This document shows positions 1 through 11,956 of a stretch of 64,000 nucleotides of DNA, one piece after another. Made by a program: the position numbers and the translations under genes. This stretch comes from Orbicella franksi (lineage: Eukaryota): contig OZ116706.1 of assembly GCA_964199315.1 (NCBI GenBank), positions 24,800,001 to 24,864,000 of the forward strand, written 5' to 3'. The number at the start of each line of letters is the position of its first letter. Position 1 is the first letter of the stretch. Under the pieces are notes generated by a model. That model did not search any database. It had not been told where the DNA came from and worked only from the letters and a program-made list of their open reading frames with translations.

Positions 1-460
1 ACTATAGAGCTGAAGATTTACTATAGTAAACAGGACAAGTTTACCATTGAAGATGGCTGTATCCTTTTTGGTACTTGAGTTGTTATTCCACTGAAATATC
101 AGGCGGCTGTTTTGTCAGAGTTGCACTTGAATTATCCTGAGATTGTCCGGATGAAGTCCTTTGATATATTGCACATGTGGTGGCCAAGTCTGGATCACGG
201 TGTTGAACAAATGGTACAAGATTGCTACACTCGCCAAGCTAACTGTTCTAGGAACCCCTGAAAGTCAGCAATCCTTGGATCTGGCCAACCCTGCCATGGG
301 AGATACATTTTGACTTTGCCAGTCCATTTAGTGGTTTGATGTTTCTGCATGTGGTAGGTGCAAAATCTAAGTGGATTGAAGTTTTCCCGATGTCTGCAAC
401 CACTGCGTCAGGCACTATTCAGATTTTTTGTTTCCTAGTTGCAACTCATGGTTTGTGATG
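1..460 (+). mobile_element. Gypsy/Ty3 LTR retrotransposon integrase fragment (degraded, truncated by window edge)
   Basis: Frame 1 translates ..FTIEDGCILFGT*VVIPLKYQAAVLSELHLNYPEIVRMK..WWPSLDHGVEQMVQDC.., then after a frameshift WPTLPW.IHFDFASPFSGLMFLHVVGAKSKWIEVFPM. This is the zinc-binding region plus the start of the rve core of metazoan Gypsy integrases, with stops. Confidence 0.85.
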
Positions 461-683
461 CAAGTCATGCCAAGATAATGTTTTACATTGCACAAAGTCC
501 GAAAACTTCAATTTAAAAAATTTGTAAAAATACCAGAGTCTCGAATAAAATTCATAAACTCTAAAAAGGTATACAATTTTTCTGCTCAGTGTCATAAACA
601 GAGTACAAAGATGTCTATGCCTGTCAGCAATAATAAAAATACATCTTCAATTAAATGTGCATTGTATCTAAGAAGACTTATTT

Positions 684-2743
684 CTATGTAATATAAGCGC
701 AGTAAGCACCCTTTACACCTACTTCTTGCCACTTGTTGCTATATCCCCCCCAACCATAATGTAAGAACTCGTTATCGTAGACTGTCTTCCAGTAGCAGTG
801 TTCTTTGGTCCTCTCTTCCCACCACCATCCAGTCTTCGTAGTGTCACACTGACGCTCACTTCTGGACCTTTGCTTGTATTTCGTGGCAACGACCGCATGG
901 CCTCCACCTTCTAGTGTAATGCTAAGAATGACAGGGTAGCCGTATTTTAAGTAATAGACAGCTTTGGATGCAATCCAAGATGAGCCTCCTCGTTGAATGG
1001 ATCCTCCACTGCTTTTAGTGCTCCGTTTTTTGCGTTTCTCGACATAAGTAGCAACCCTTGATCTGGATCCTTGGTGTGCTTGAAACCACGGTGCAATGTA
1101 GTGCATTTTGGAACGTTGAGTGGAGCCTTCACCATTACTACAGAAAGTTTCAACCTCATCTCATATGTCCTCTACAAAGCGCTTTATGTCATATGTCAGG
1201 TATAACGGGGCGACAGTGTACTTATCGCCGTATATTGTTGGACTAAAAAAATCCGGGACATACCTTGCGCGTCTGTCGAAGTATTCAAACACTTGAGCCC
1301 AGGCCACAGGACTGCATCCACTCTTACAACTGCAACAATCGTACTGGTCATAGTCAGGAAAGTCGTATTCAGCCACGATCGATCCTGTAGTTATGGAGCA
1401 TCTGGATCGTTTGGACTGCAAATTTATTTCAAAATGTTTCTTTATCACTTCGTTTTTACGTCCTTTAATTTCCACGACAAATCCTATTTCACGCCACTCT
1501 AAGATATTTCCCACCAGTGTCCAGTTGCCGCGTACCTCAAGTTTCAGGTATGAGAGATGATTGGGCGTCTCCATTATAGCAATTGGATTTACCTTGGTAC
1601 TTCCCTCTGGTTTGCACACGTCGACAAGCACCTTACAGAGTCTGCTGCCACTCGGATCTTGAACTGTGGTGCATGCGTGAATTACCAATGTTTGTTATAT
1701 AGATGCCAAAAGATCTGAAGTGTTCACCTAGAGCAAGTTTCATAATGGAGCCAGGAAAAAGGGCTTCCTCGTTAATGCCTGTTTTCTTCTTTCCTCCTCC
1801 TCTAGGATCCACGTCTGTGGTTGCCCAGTCTGACCGCGACTGCCTCTGTAAAGACCTTTGTCACCACTGCTGTTTAAAGTCCTTAAGACTTTGATTCACC
1901 ATCTGATCCAGCTCTCGCCAATCTTTAATCTGTTTCACAAACGAGCCAGAGAGATCAAAAAAAAAATGTTGATATTCTATACAATGTTGAAGCTACAAAG
2001 GCCAAACTATTTTGAATGTTTGTCTCAGAATGAGATAGGATTGCATGACTGATTAACGCTCTCTTTTATTCAATTTGGGATTTCCTTCACAAAGAGCTTT
2101 TAGACTTTCCTATACAGTTATATTGCATCTTTTTCCTTTTTTGTTTTATTTTCTGGACTTTCTGTTGATAACAAGGCCGCACACTCTGCGAGTTTTGCTC
2201 AGATTAACGACAGCTAACAAATATTATAAATTACTTGTATAAAAATCAGGTATACACGTTTATCTGTAATGTCTAATTCAACCCACCTGGGGAGTAGTAG
2301 CCGTCCAGTTGTAATTCACCGCCACAACAGTTCCATTGTCATTCTTACAAACCGTCAATCCCAGTGGTGACAAGCAATAAAACTTGGCGCACCGCTGACC
2401 ATTGTCCTGAGCCTGCTGTATGAGCACATTGGTTGGTCTAGGATCCGGGCCACTCTCCACGTCTCGATAATCTCCAGTTTTTTTACTGGAAGAGAGTACT
2501 ACGTAGTCACTTCTGATGTCAATTTCGTAGTAGGCTATAAAATCTGGTTCAAGGTCCAGGCGATAGATAGGACGGGTGGGACCCAGGTCATCAGATACGT
2601 TGACGCAGATGAGGTCTGTGAAGTCCTGATCAGTGTCGCTCAGCTCCACTATGGAGTCTAGGACTTCATAAGGCAGCTCCAATGCGGCTAAGCTTGTCAC
2701 CAGGGCGATGCCGATACTCATAGGAAGGGGGCTTGTAATGCCC
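684..2743 (-). pseudogene. Spliced peptidase C10 (streptopain/SpeB)-like cysteine protease with N-terminal prodomain; disrupted
   Basis: Exon 2743-2287 (AG acceptor, cag|gtgggt donor) splices in phase 0 to exon 1929-684. ORFs 1161-1688 and 684-1106 are one frame split by a TGA. Motifs: SGCSPVAWAQVFEY (Cys), GGGHAVVATKY (His), FLHYGWGGYSN (the NWGWGG position). A second TGA lies near 1860 and there is a frameshift near 1690. Confidence 0.75.
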
Positions 2744-3039
2744 CTGACATTTTATTCAACAGTAACTTTAACCGTACGTCCCTGATGAAATGAAACAAAT
2801 ATATTGCCTAAGTAAGCAGCTTAATAATTATGCCAGTAAAGTAATTATATGTAAACAGGTAAACAAGTAGATAAATGCATTGCCAGAAAAATTGAACCGA
2901 TATGCGCAGTTGAACCGTGACACTTCAAGCATGCACTATTTTGATCTTCTGATTACAGAAAATATATGGGGAACAGTTTTTGATTGTGTCGTGGTTTCAA
3001 ACAAATAATGGACCAAATAAACAGACAGACGCAGATAGA

Positions 3040-3078
3040 AATCAATCCATCCATCCATCAATCAATCAATCAATAAAT
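3040..3078. repeat. (CCAT)n/(CAAT)n microsatellite
   Basis: aatcaatccatccatccatcaatcaatcaatcaataaat. Confidence 0.8.
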
Positions 3079-3917
3079 AGACATAAAAATAAATCAAAAT
3101 ACAGACGAAAGAGGCATTCAAAACAACTAACAAACAACTGTCACTGTAATCTTTCTTTCTAAATTGCCGAAAAATATTCGGTCAGTCACAAAAAAATTGG
3201 TCATGTTTTTAAACATCTTATACTGTACGTTTCATTTCAGCAAGCGAACAACAAATGCTATCGGTGTATCTCATTGAAATTACACCAAACAATCACTGCC
3301 AGAACATTCAATCGAGAAATGATCACAAGAAAAATACTGCATGCATGATATAAAAGCAGGAAGTATTAGAACAAAATTAATTATACTCGGAAGAAAAGAA
3401 AGGTCGTTAAGTTGTTCCAAACATCAAATGTTTTTATTCTTTTGTTCTTTCTGAAGGTAAGAAAGACTGCACTGACTACCAGTTAAGTCCACAAGAAATA
3501 AACTATTCTGAGACACGAAACTTTAGGAACATGTAGACGCGTGCCTATTCGAGACAAAACTTGAAGAATTTGTCTTGCACAGAGACACCATGAAAAGAAG
3601 GAAAAATAGATGGCGGGTCAAATAACTGGAATTATTGCTGTACGAGTAAGACAGTGCAGTGGAAATGGTTAAGAAAATTATGGTAAAACTCAGACTCCCA
3701 AGTTCGATGGGGAAGAGATTCGAATATGGTTCAGATCGACAAACGAGCTTACAAATTATCATGTCAGTGTCGCTACTATTTGGACCTTGCACTGGATTAT
3801 AAAGTTTTTTTTTTATATTTATGAAACTATTATTAACGTAAAGTATGGCATTGAAAATATAGAGCCGGAAGATTTAGACAGATCTCTTAAAAAGATAACG
3901 TGCAGATACCAACTTAC

Positions 3918-4020
3918 CTGAGATCAGCACTGACAAAGGCTAGAAGGTGCCGTTTACTCCCGAATAGGAGCAATCAAACTGATTAAGTTTTGGATCGTCA
4001 AGAGCTTTTATATCTTTATA
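3918..4020 (-). promoter_or_regulatory. Candidate TATA box and first exon of the C10-like gene
   Basis: Minus strand reads TATAAAGATATAAAAG (4020-4005), then ..LLAFVSADL ag|gtaagt. The phase-2 donor at 3918/3917 matches the phase-2 acceptor at 2743. No ATG was found, so this is tentative. Confidence 0.35.
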
Positions 4021-6914
4021 TCTTGAACAAACTGTTTAAGTCCTGCTGTTTTCTTTTTCACTTTTCTCACAGAGCAACCGGAAGGTTACAACGATTATGT
4101 TACACTGGAATTAGCTTCTTGTTTGAGAAAATATAACGTGGGCATGGCATGACAATGTTTTTTTTTGCATCCTCTGGCTTTGTATCAGCTCATTGCGGCT
4201 TAGCGATTCTTACGGTTATTGTACATTAGCTTGGTGGTGGTGCTAGATCGCGAGTGAAACACGTAAAATACCACGTAACATGACGCATGGCATTCGGTTT
4301 CCATTCAATGATGATTGCGGGGAAAAATAACATAACAATAAAAACGTAGGACTGCTAAAGGGTGACCGTCTTGATATCTTTCCACACATGGAACTAATTC
4401 CGGTGTAATTGAATCGCTTCAACAACGTCTTCCCATTGCTCTCTAAGACAACTGACAGAATTACAGGAAGTCTTAACAGTAAAATATTCTTTTTTCAAGG
4501 AAAACCTAGCTCTGTTCTTAACTAGGCCTGTGTATGTGCAAACTTCGAATGACCCAGTAAAGAATCAAGCAGTTAGAGCAATGTCTCAGTCTATGAGGGT
4601 CTTGTAAGGTCGTGCAACGCTTCTTGATTTTCTTAGAACTGCCCAACAGAGGTGCATTCAAAATTTAAGAAACCTACTAGGTCTACTCGTGATTCGGAAG
4701 GTCAAGATCACCATTTTTAAACTTTCTTTAAAAAGAACTGAAGGCCAAAAATCAACAGTTTTTGAAACATTTTCTTAGAAAGCCTAACATACACACTTAA
4801 GTTTGGATAGTTATTTCTGCTTGTTTCTTGTTTTTCATCAGTTTTGAGAGATAAACTATAGATGGTGGCTACATTACCATTTTTTGTCTTCTTCCCTTGT
4901 TTGCAAAATTATAACTATGAAGCGGTACATTCAACCATATCAAATTTTGTAGGTCAACAGTTGAGCTTTGTTTGCCAGAGCGCTTAAAGAAATCCAAACA
5001 AGACAAGTCGTTGGGATAAATTTTGGCCACGCAGAATGGCCGATTTATTGATTAAAACTAATATGAAATACAATATTAGCGAATTATTATTTGTTAAGCT
5101 CTTGCAAAGGAAGAGAAAAAAGGAGAAGTGTCTATATCACAAATACATAACATAACTGAGGTGGAGGAAGGGAGGAGGAGGGTCGAACTCGCTGAGTGTG
5201 TCAGGTCTGGAGACAAAGAGGATGAACTCGAGAAACATGCCACGTCTTATACCGATCACTGAAAGAGAGGGTAAGTTGTTGTCCAGTGAAACTATTACCA
5301 ATAAATTCGTTATTGTCATCGAAGTCATAAGGTTGTCTTGTGATGGTTTTATGATTATTGCTCAATCAAGTTTGTACTTGGTGACCCCGTCCCCATTTAG
5401 TTCGACCCTTCAGTACTCCCAGCTAACTCTTTGTTGAAAATGAACACTGTGTTTACAGTAACACCAGGAGCGTGGGTAGAACTGCTAAACGCTTTTATTT
5501 GGTGGCAAATAAAATTTATGTATATAATTTGTAATCGAAATAGCGTGAATCGAGTGAACTTGAACTTGATTTATAATACTTCTGTCGCAGATGTCTATAA
5601 CACCTACTGGATCAACCTGAAAGAAAGCAAAATTGGCGAGTCCCATGACTAAAGATGTCATGTGCACCTCTGATGAGAGGAGTTGTCTCTCATTTCCGGA
5701 AACACGATTCTTTTTCTTGCTCTTTGCTATATATCGGGTTCTTTCAGCACTCATTATTCCTGATCTACCTTTGTCATTACAGGACAGGTAAATATGTTGT
5801 GATTTTGTTATTTTTTTAACTCATACCATATCTATGCCCCACCATGTGAAATCACACAAATATGAGAGCGATATCTTCTTCGCAGCTTCAATCAATTTAT
5901 TTTATTTTCCTGTTCTTCAATCGATCGACTGGTGACACTAATTTTTGTTATTTAAAAAAAATACACGTATATTCGCTTCTCATCCTCGTCATTTGAACAT
6001 AACATGCCTAAAATTCCTTTCTTAACAAATGAACATCAAGAAAAACTTACAGCTGGTATCTATAACATGTTAAATGTTCTAAAAATGTAGAATTAGTCGC
6101 TGCGGACTGCCCAAGAGGGCCGTTAGGTGGGTGTGGGTGTGATGATTCCTCTTCAGTCCAGCTGACATGTGCACTTGTGCGACGTTGTTTCTCAGTTAGT
6201 CCGGCCAAATACGCCTGGTCCAGTTTTGTTTTAATATTCCTCAGTTTGCTCTTCTCCCATGACAGCTTTCTGATCTTTCGTGGTCTTGGCCCACTCCTTG
6301 GTTCTGCTACGTCGTCTTCGCAGCTTTCCTCCTCCAAGATATAGTGTAATGCGTCTGGGGAAGACAGAATTTCTTGCGCCCTTCTCTTGTCTCCTTCAGA
6401 CAGCACTGTCGAGGTGTCCAGACAAGACAGTCGTTGAGAAAGTTTCTAAAGGAAATAAATGATCAGGACACATGAGAATCTTTTAGAGTACTATTAGTGA
6501 TATTTTCTTGTTGTTATGGATTTAAGTAGCCCATCCTGAAACATCAAAGACAGAATAGCTATCAAACTGGCCTCATACAATTTATGTACAATACTTACCC
6601 TCTTTAAACGATTGCTTCGCTTGATTTGCCTTTGATACTTCTCAAAGCTGTTGTTTGTTTTCCTTGGTCTCCAGTGCTGATGAATAGCAGCTAATTCAAA
6701 ATGAATAGAGCCGAGTATGTTAGTTGACGAGGCATAATGTCGGTACGAATTGGTAGAAATCACTACAAGAAAAGGAGGTTGTCGCCCAAATGTCATTCAT
6801 TCAGCGATAGGTGCTTACAGTATTGGCAGTTTTCAACTCGCTTTGAAGACCCAGCTGACTTGTGTTTAAGAACAGTCACAAACTTTTCAACCATTAAGTC
6901 CAATTTTGGGATTA

Positions 6915-6958
6915 ATTATATATATAGATAGACAGACAGACAGACAGATAGATAGAGC
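6915..6958. repeat. Compound (TA)n(GACA)n(GATA)n microsatellite
   Basis: tatatatatagatagacagacagacagacagatagatagag. Confidence 0.85.
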
Positions 6959-7092
6959 TACATCACTGAAGCAATCTCGTCGGGACATACCGTACTTATA
7001 TAGTTGAGGGTAAATCGGGATTTGAAATTGTGAACTTGACTTGGTCAGCGTACTTAGAGTTGTTTATTGCATACTATGACGCTAATTTGAAC

Positions 7093-7320
7093 TCAGCCTA
7101 CCAGCAGTCTCTCTTTTGCCCTAAGTAAAGTCAGTGAGGGTAAACAAGAAAATAAGTAAAAGTACTAGCAGAGTTAAGCAGGCGCCGGAAGAAGAGCCGC
7201 TTTTTTTCCGGTGCCCGCGCTTCGCATAGCTCGCAGCTTTGCCACTCGTGTAACGCACACTTTCAATATTTTCAACTCCTTGTCCCTGATTTCAGAGCAG
7301 AGAGACTGCCCGCAGTCCAA
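7093..7320. mobile_element. MITE-like non-autonomous element
   Basis: Inverted ends agcagtctctct (~7102) and agagagactgcc (~7300) enclose a CG-rich core. Resembles a common coral MITE with TAGACTGCGAGCAGTCTC termini. Confidence 0.55.
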
Positions 7321-8659
7321 TTTGACCTAATTGAGAAGCTCGATTGCCTGTAAACAGTACCTTCAAAAAGGCTCTCATAGAACAAAAACGACACAAATTC
7401 TATGGCCAGCTGGTGTCTTGTTGGAGGAGGTTCCACTGCTCTTGTAAAGAAATTAGGAGAGAGGCTTACCTTTAATGGTTGACTTCATCCACTTTTTCTT
7501 GCTGTAAACTGCCCGCACTTCAGTTAAGAGTTTCTTGGCTTCTTTTAGCACTCTCCTAGCCATAGTCATTTTGTGGACTATCAAAACTGAAAAAGCTATA
7601 AGATATTAATTTAAGGATTTCACTCAGCTAAATTAAATGTGAGGGCAAACCTAAATAGAAGCGATCACATACTGTATCGCCAATCATAACAGCAGGTAAT
7701 TTAGTGCAACAATCAAACAGCCAGTGAGATAATTATAAGTTTTCGTATTATTTATCCCATTGTTGTTTGCTTTAGACCATGGAGAGGCTATTGTTTCCCT
7801 GCCGTGAAATTGTGCTTCTTTTTAATGAACCAAGGAAAGAGGGAACACTCATAATGTCCCTGCTAAACTACTTGCATGCACTACCTGTACTGTGTGTTGC
7901 TCACAAGTATGAAATTCACTTGATTATTTTTACGTTGCAAGCATGGCCTTAGAGCTGGTTTAACAATAACTAAAAACTGAGCTCCTCCATCATTGCCACA
8001 CAACAGGTCAACTTGTTTTGAACTTGAGGAAAAAGCGAATAACTATTGTAGCTGGCCTACTACATCTCAGCTGTAACTGTAACTGTAACACCAAGTGTGT
8101 CAAAAAAGGTGTCTGATAAGAGAGAGAGTTGACTGTATACTCAATAAGATGAGATGCTAGCTTACCCTTCTCCTTGATGTTAGCTTCTTTTCAGCTTGTT
8201 GCTTTTGAGCCAAATTTCTTCTATCTGGCAAACTATCCAGATATTGTTGCCACTTTGTTTCATAGTATCTTGACACAACTCCTACATATACAGACACAAC
8301 AGTAATATTAGAGGTATCTATCTATCCATTTCTTGCTGGTTATACAGTAAGTGAACATCACCCTTAAATTTGAAAACAAAAAAGATCAACAAAAACAGTG
8401 CTAAAAATAACAGAATGGCTCTTATCACTATGATACTAGCAGTGCACTACTACAATCTATACTTACCTTGAGAGAAAACCAACTTGGCAAACAGAATATG
8501 ACCCAATAACAATGATCCATCAATCTCATTACATGTCTGGGAGTGATGGTCATTTTCCTTTGCAGATATATACATAAATGTAAAAAATAACAGAGCAAAA
8601 TATAGACTCTGAGGTCATTACAGAAAGCTTAAAAAGGTTTCTGTGAATTTGTTGTTTTT

Positions 8660-8802
8660 CGTATAAACCCCACCAACCCTCTGGAAATTCCAGCTTAGCT
8701 TCAGACTATCCTTTTAAGTCGTTTCTTTTCAATCCCCCCTCCCCCATGGAAGTTCCAATAACCTTCTTTGGAGTCGGTATGGATGTTTTCTGGAAATAAA
8801 CA
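8660..8802. mobile_element. Half of a common coral MITE (..ggtatggatattttctggaa.. terminus)
   Basis: ccctctggaaattccag..cccctcccc..ggaagttccaataacc..ggtatggatgttttctggaaat; the left terminus is not evident. Confidence 0.5.
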
Positions 8803-8957
8803 ATAAAGAAGAATTTAACAGTAACAAAGATATGAAAAATTGAAACAGTCTGCCCTATTCCTCTTCCTGCTCCACTAATCAGCTGTCTGGCTAATAGCAT
8901 GCCAACAACCTTCAACCTGCCATTCTTCTTCCAAGCACAACAATGCTATAAATAATG

Positions 8958-9432
8958 GTAATAGGACTGAGTGGAGTCCAATTCGGTCTGTGATCATACA
9001 AGTGATTAACAAAATTAGATGACCACAAAGCGGGAGTCCAATTTGTTAATCACAAGTATGATTACAGACTGAATTGAATGACATGATGTCCTGTGGCCAA
9101 TTAATGATTACAATTTTCCACAAAAGTAAAAGTTTCATTTGAAAAAGAGCTTTTCATAGTCATATTTTAAATGGAGACTTGACCTCCACAATTTTGCAAA
9201 GTCAGTCTCTTGAATTGGTTACTATAGTAATTGTAATCAATGTTGTGATTGGTGGATTAAGTGAAGAGGACTTAAAATAATTGGCTCATGTAACTGTCTG
9301 ATTGCTGGTGTCAGATTACAGGCAACTGTCTGATTACACTGTCCGATTACAACTTTGCAGATTAATTAGAACAAAATACAGTAGTTTATGCACCAATCAC
9401 ATTTGAGGAAATTGTAATTGTTATGATTATTT
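8958..9432. repeat. Dispersed non-autonomous repeat with ~40-bp imperfect hairpin
   Basis: The arm AATTCGGTCTGTGATCATACAAGTGATTAACAAAATT (from 8980) pairs with AATTTGTTAATCACAAGTATGATTACAGACTGAATT (to 9075). Ends resemble a high-copy coral repeat. Confidence 0.55.
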
Positions 9433-11956
9433 GAGAAATTCTATTTCAGAAATCCTAGAAGGCCAAATATTCCATGTAAAAAGTGAAATACCCTGCCAAT
9501 GCATTCAAATTTGAGACGTTTTCAGGCTGCTTAACTTTCCTTTAATTTGTAAAAGCATTCATTCATTGTAGCTATCATATTTCCAATGGGCGTGTCTTTC
9601 AAATCAGCATAATAATGCAAATTTGCATTTGGGAATTTTATCTGACGAGTGCTGCACACAAGTTGTGTACTATGAAACTAACTAGTAATAAAATGCCAAG
9701 TCAAATCTACAGTTGCTCAGTTCATCATCTGTTGTAATCATGCTCTAGTTTACTATTGAGCACTCTGAAAACAGATCTGCAAACCAGCTTGTTTATATAT
9801 AAAATATATATAGAGACTGACTTGTGAAATGCCAAAATTTGTTTGCCAATATAAATTTTCAATAGCTCTTACAAAAATAAATCTTAAAAAGTCTCCATGG
9901 CCCCCTAAATAGTCCTAAATACATACATGTATCTCGTAAGCCAGGGTTCTACTTCACAGTTTTTCCTTCTTTTTTTTTTCATCAAGTAAGGATGCCAGGG
10001 ATTATACATGAGGCACTACCAATTTTACTTCATCCTATGAATAAAATACAATACGCATAAAAGGTTAGTTAAGTTTATGTGTAAATCCATATTGGGAAAC
10101 CTCAAATCAAGATTGCAGTAATAAGGAAAATATCCTTTAAATCGATCAGTAAATTTTACACAGTAGTTTGATTTAAGCTTAATGGTTTAATTTACCATCA
10201 TTCCCATTGCTGTCCCTTTTGAAGCTTCTGCTTGTTAAAGAAAAATTTACAACCAGAGGCAATTCCATACATCTTAAGCAAACTTTACAACTGAACTTTC
10301 CCCTTGAAACTTCAGCTTAACTTACTCGTATGGGTCTTGTACATACAAGACAACCCGGGAAGACAATGGCTTACCTGTTTTTGTTGACTCGTACCTCGGT
10401 ATGTATCGATGTTTTCACCGGCTGTATCCATGAAAAACTGCTTGAAATTGTGCACAGAGATTAAGTCAACGTAAAGTGAATTTTGTATGCCAAAGTAGAG
10501 TTTTTAAACAGTGAAAAAGGACCAAGAGATCAACACAAGCTTTGACATTTCACACCTTTTAAAAGGTAGCCAAAAAATGGCGCGAGAACCAAGAGAACCC
10601 GGTATCTAATGTGGAAAACTGCTGATCAGTGCTTGTTGAAGTTGTGCACTCAGAATGCTGATGCAGTCTTGTCATTTCCAGGTCATTTCGTTACAAGCCA
10701 TTTCGAAACACATTTGAAGTCAATTTCGTTTCAAAAGTAAGCTCGAGGAAAAAATCGAATGAAAGTGTTTTCGTCCTTGTAATACGTTTTGTGATTTCTT
10801 GTTCAAACGTAATGCAATGTTGATATGATGACAGGAAGTCGTCAACTGAGGAGGCTACTGGACCGTTGTTTAGGAGTTATTTAGGTGTGCGTGACGTTTT
10901 GTGTGCGTCGTGAATACTGCAGGATTCTATGGCGCCACAATAACGTAGCCTCAAATACGCTTATTATCGTCAAAGCGGAGAGAAAGAAATAACTTCATTA
11001 TTGTCGCTTTTGATGCACGCTTGAAGAAACAACAGCCAGGAAAAGCAAATGGTCCTGCAATTTTCTGAGAGTGAGCTCAGCGTCTCTTAACAAGGTCTTC
11101 ATCACGTATTATGACAAAATAAAGGGAAACGAATTTCCTTGTATACGAAATTTTCCATAAAACGAATTTATGTGATTTGTGTTGAGGAATTTTACTGACA
11201 ACCCGACTGGAAGAAATATTGGTTGGTAAATTTCTTTAAAAACACTCTTTATAATTACGCATGGCCTGATGCTACCGGACTAACAGCGGTAACCACAATG
11301 AAGGGAAACCACTAGTCGGTCTAAATAAATAGATTTTGCAACATTCCATCTTCACAAGCTAAAGATCAGCCAGAGGCCTCCTATGAGGGTTCCAAGGTTT
11401 GCATCAAATGCGTGGTAGCGTTGAATGGGTTTGGCGTCCCGGTGCAAGTCCTCCCATGCAACCGATTTTAGGGCATTCCGCTTTCAAGCTTTGTGAAACT
11501 GGTGAGTTGCGCCATCACGTAGGTCGGTGAGATGTAAGGAATGTTCCGCTGCAGATTTTTTTAACACTTTATATAAACAAGGGTTTTACATTCAGTAGCT
11601 ATTCTAAAAAGCCCTGTGATAAGTAGATTTTAAATACTAGGATATAAAATAGTAGTCGGAAGTGATAAAAACTGCTATTTAGCATTATGTTATTGCTGCT
11701 GTTGTTTTTGTTGTTTGTATGTATTTGAGCTCCATCAATTAATTTGGCTGATTAAACTAAAACCGTGTGCTGTTAAGTATATCAGAGTCCTGGCTTCACT
11801 TGATACACCGCACATGACGTACCCAGGCCATGATTTTTCCTGACATGCCGCAACATATGTATCAGGAACAAACACTCTCCGACACATCACGTTTCTTGAC
11901 ACATCACCTTCTGAACTCGGACACGCCGAGTGTCGAGGAAGTTCACGGCCATGTAA

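Larger units (their letters stand above)
6047..8560 (-). pseudogene. Multi-exon C14orf93-like (RTFC-like) gene relic
   Basis: GT-AG exons at about 8282-8166 (GVVSRYYETKWQQYLDSLPDRRNLAQKQQAEKKLTSRRR), 7586-7470 (FDSPQN..ARRVLKEAKKLLTEVRAVYSKKKWMKSTIK), 6690-6599 (AAIHQHWR..RQIKRSNRLKR) and 6445-6100 (KLSQRL..HYILEEES..RKIRKLSWEKSKLRNIKTKLDQAY). Splice phases of the last three exons are compatible; one frameshift. Family assignment is from recalled motifs. Confidence 0.5.

Noticed and set aside
1161-1863. Two in-frame TGA codons in the C10-like gene as selenocysteine or readthrough
   Set aside because: Both are explained by CGA-to-TGA decay, neither is at the catalytic Cys, a frameshift is also present, and no SECIS was recognised.
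5137-5790. Possible exons/ORFs
   Set aside because: Splice-like sites exist, but no recognisable protein motif was found in any frame.
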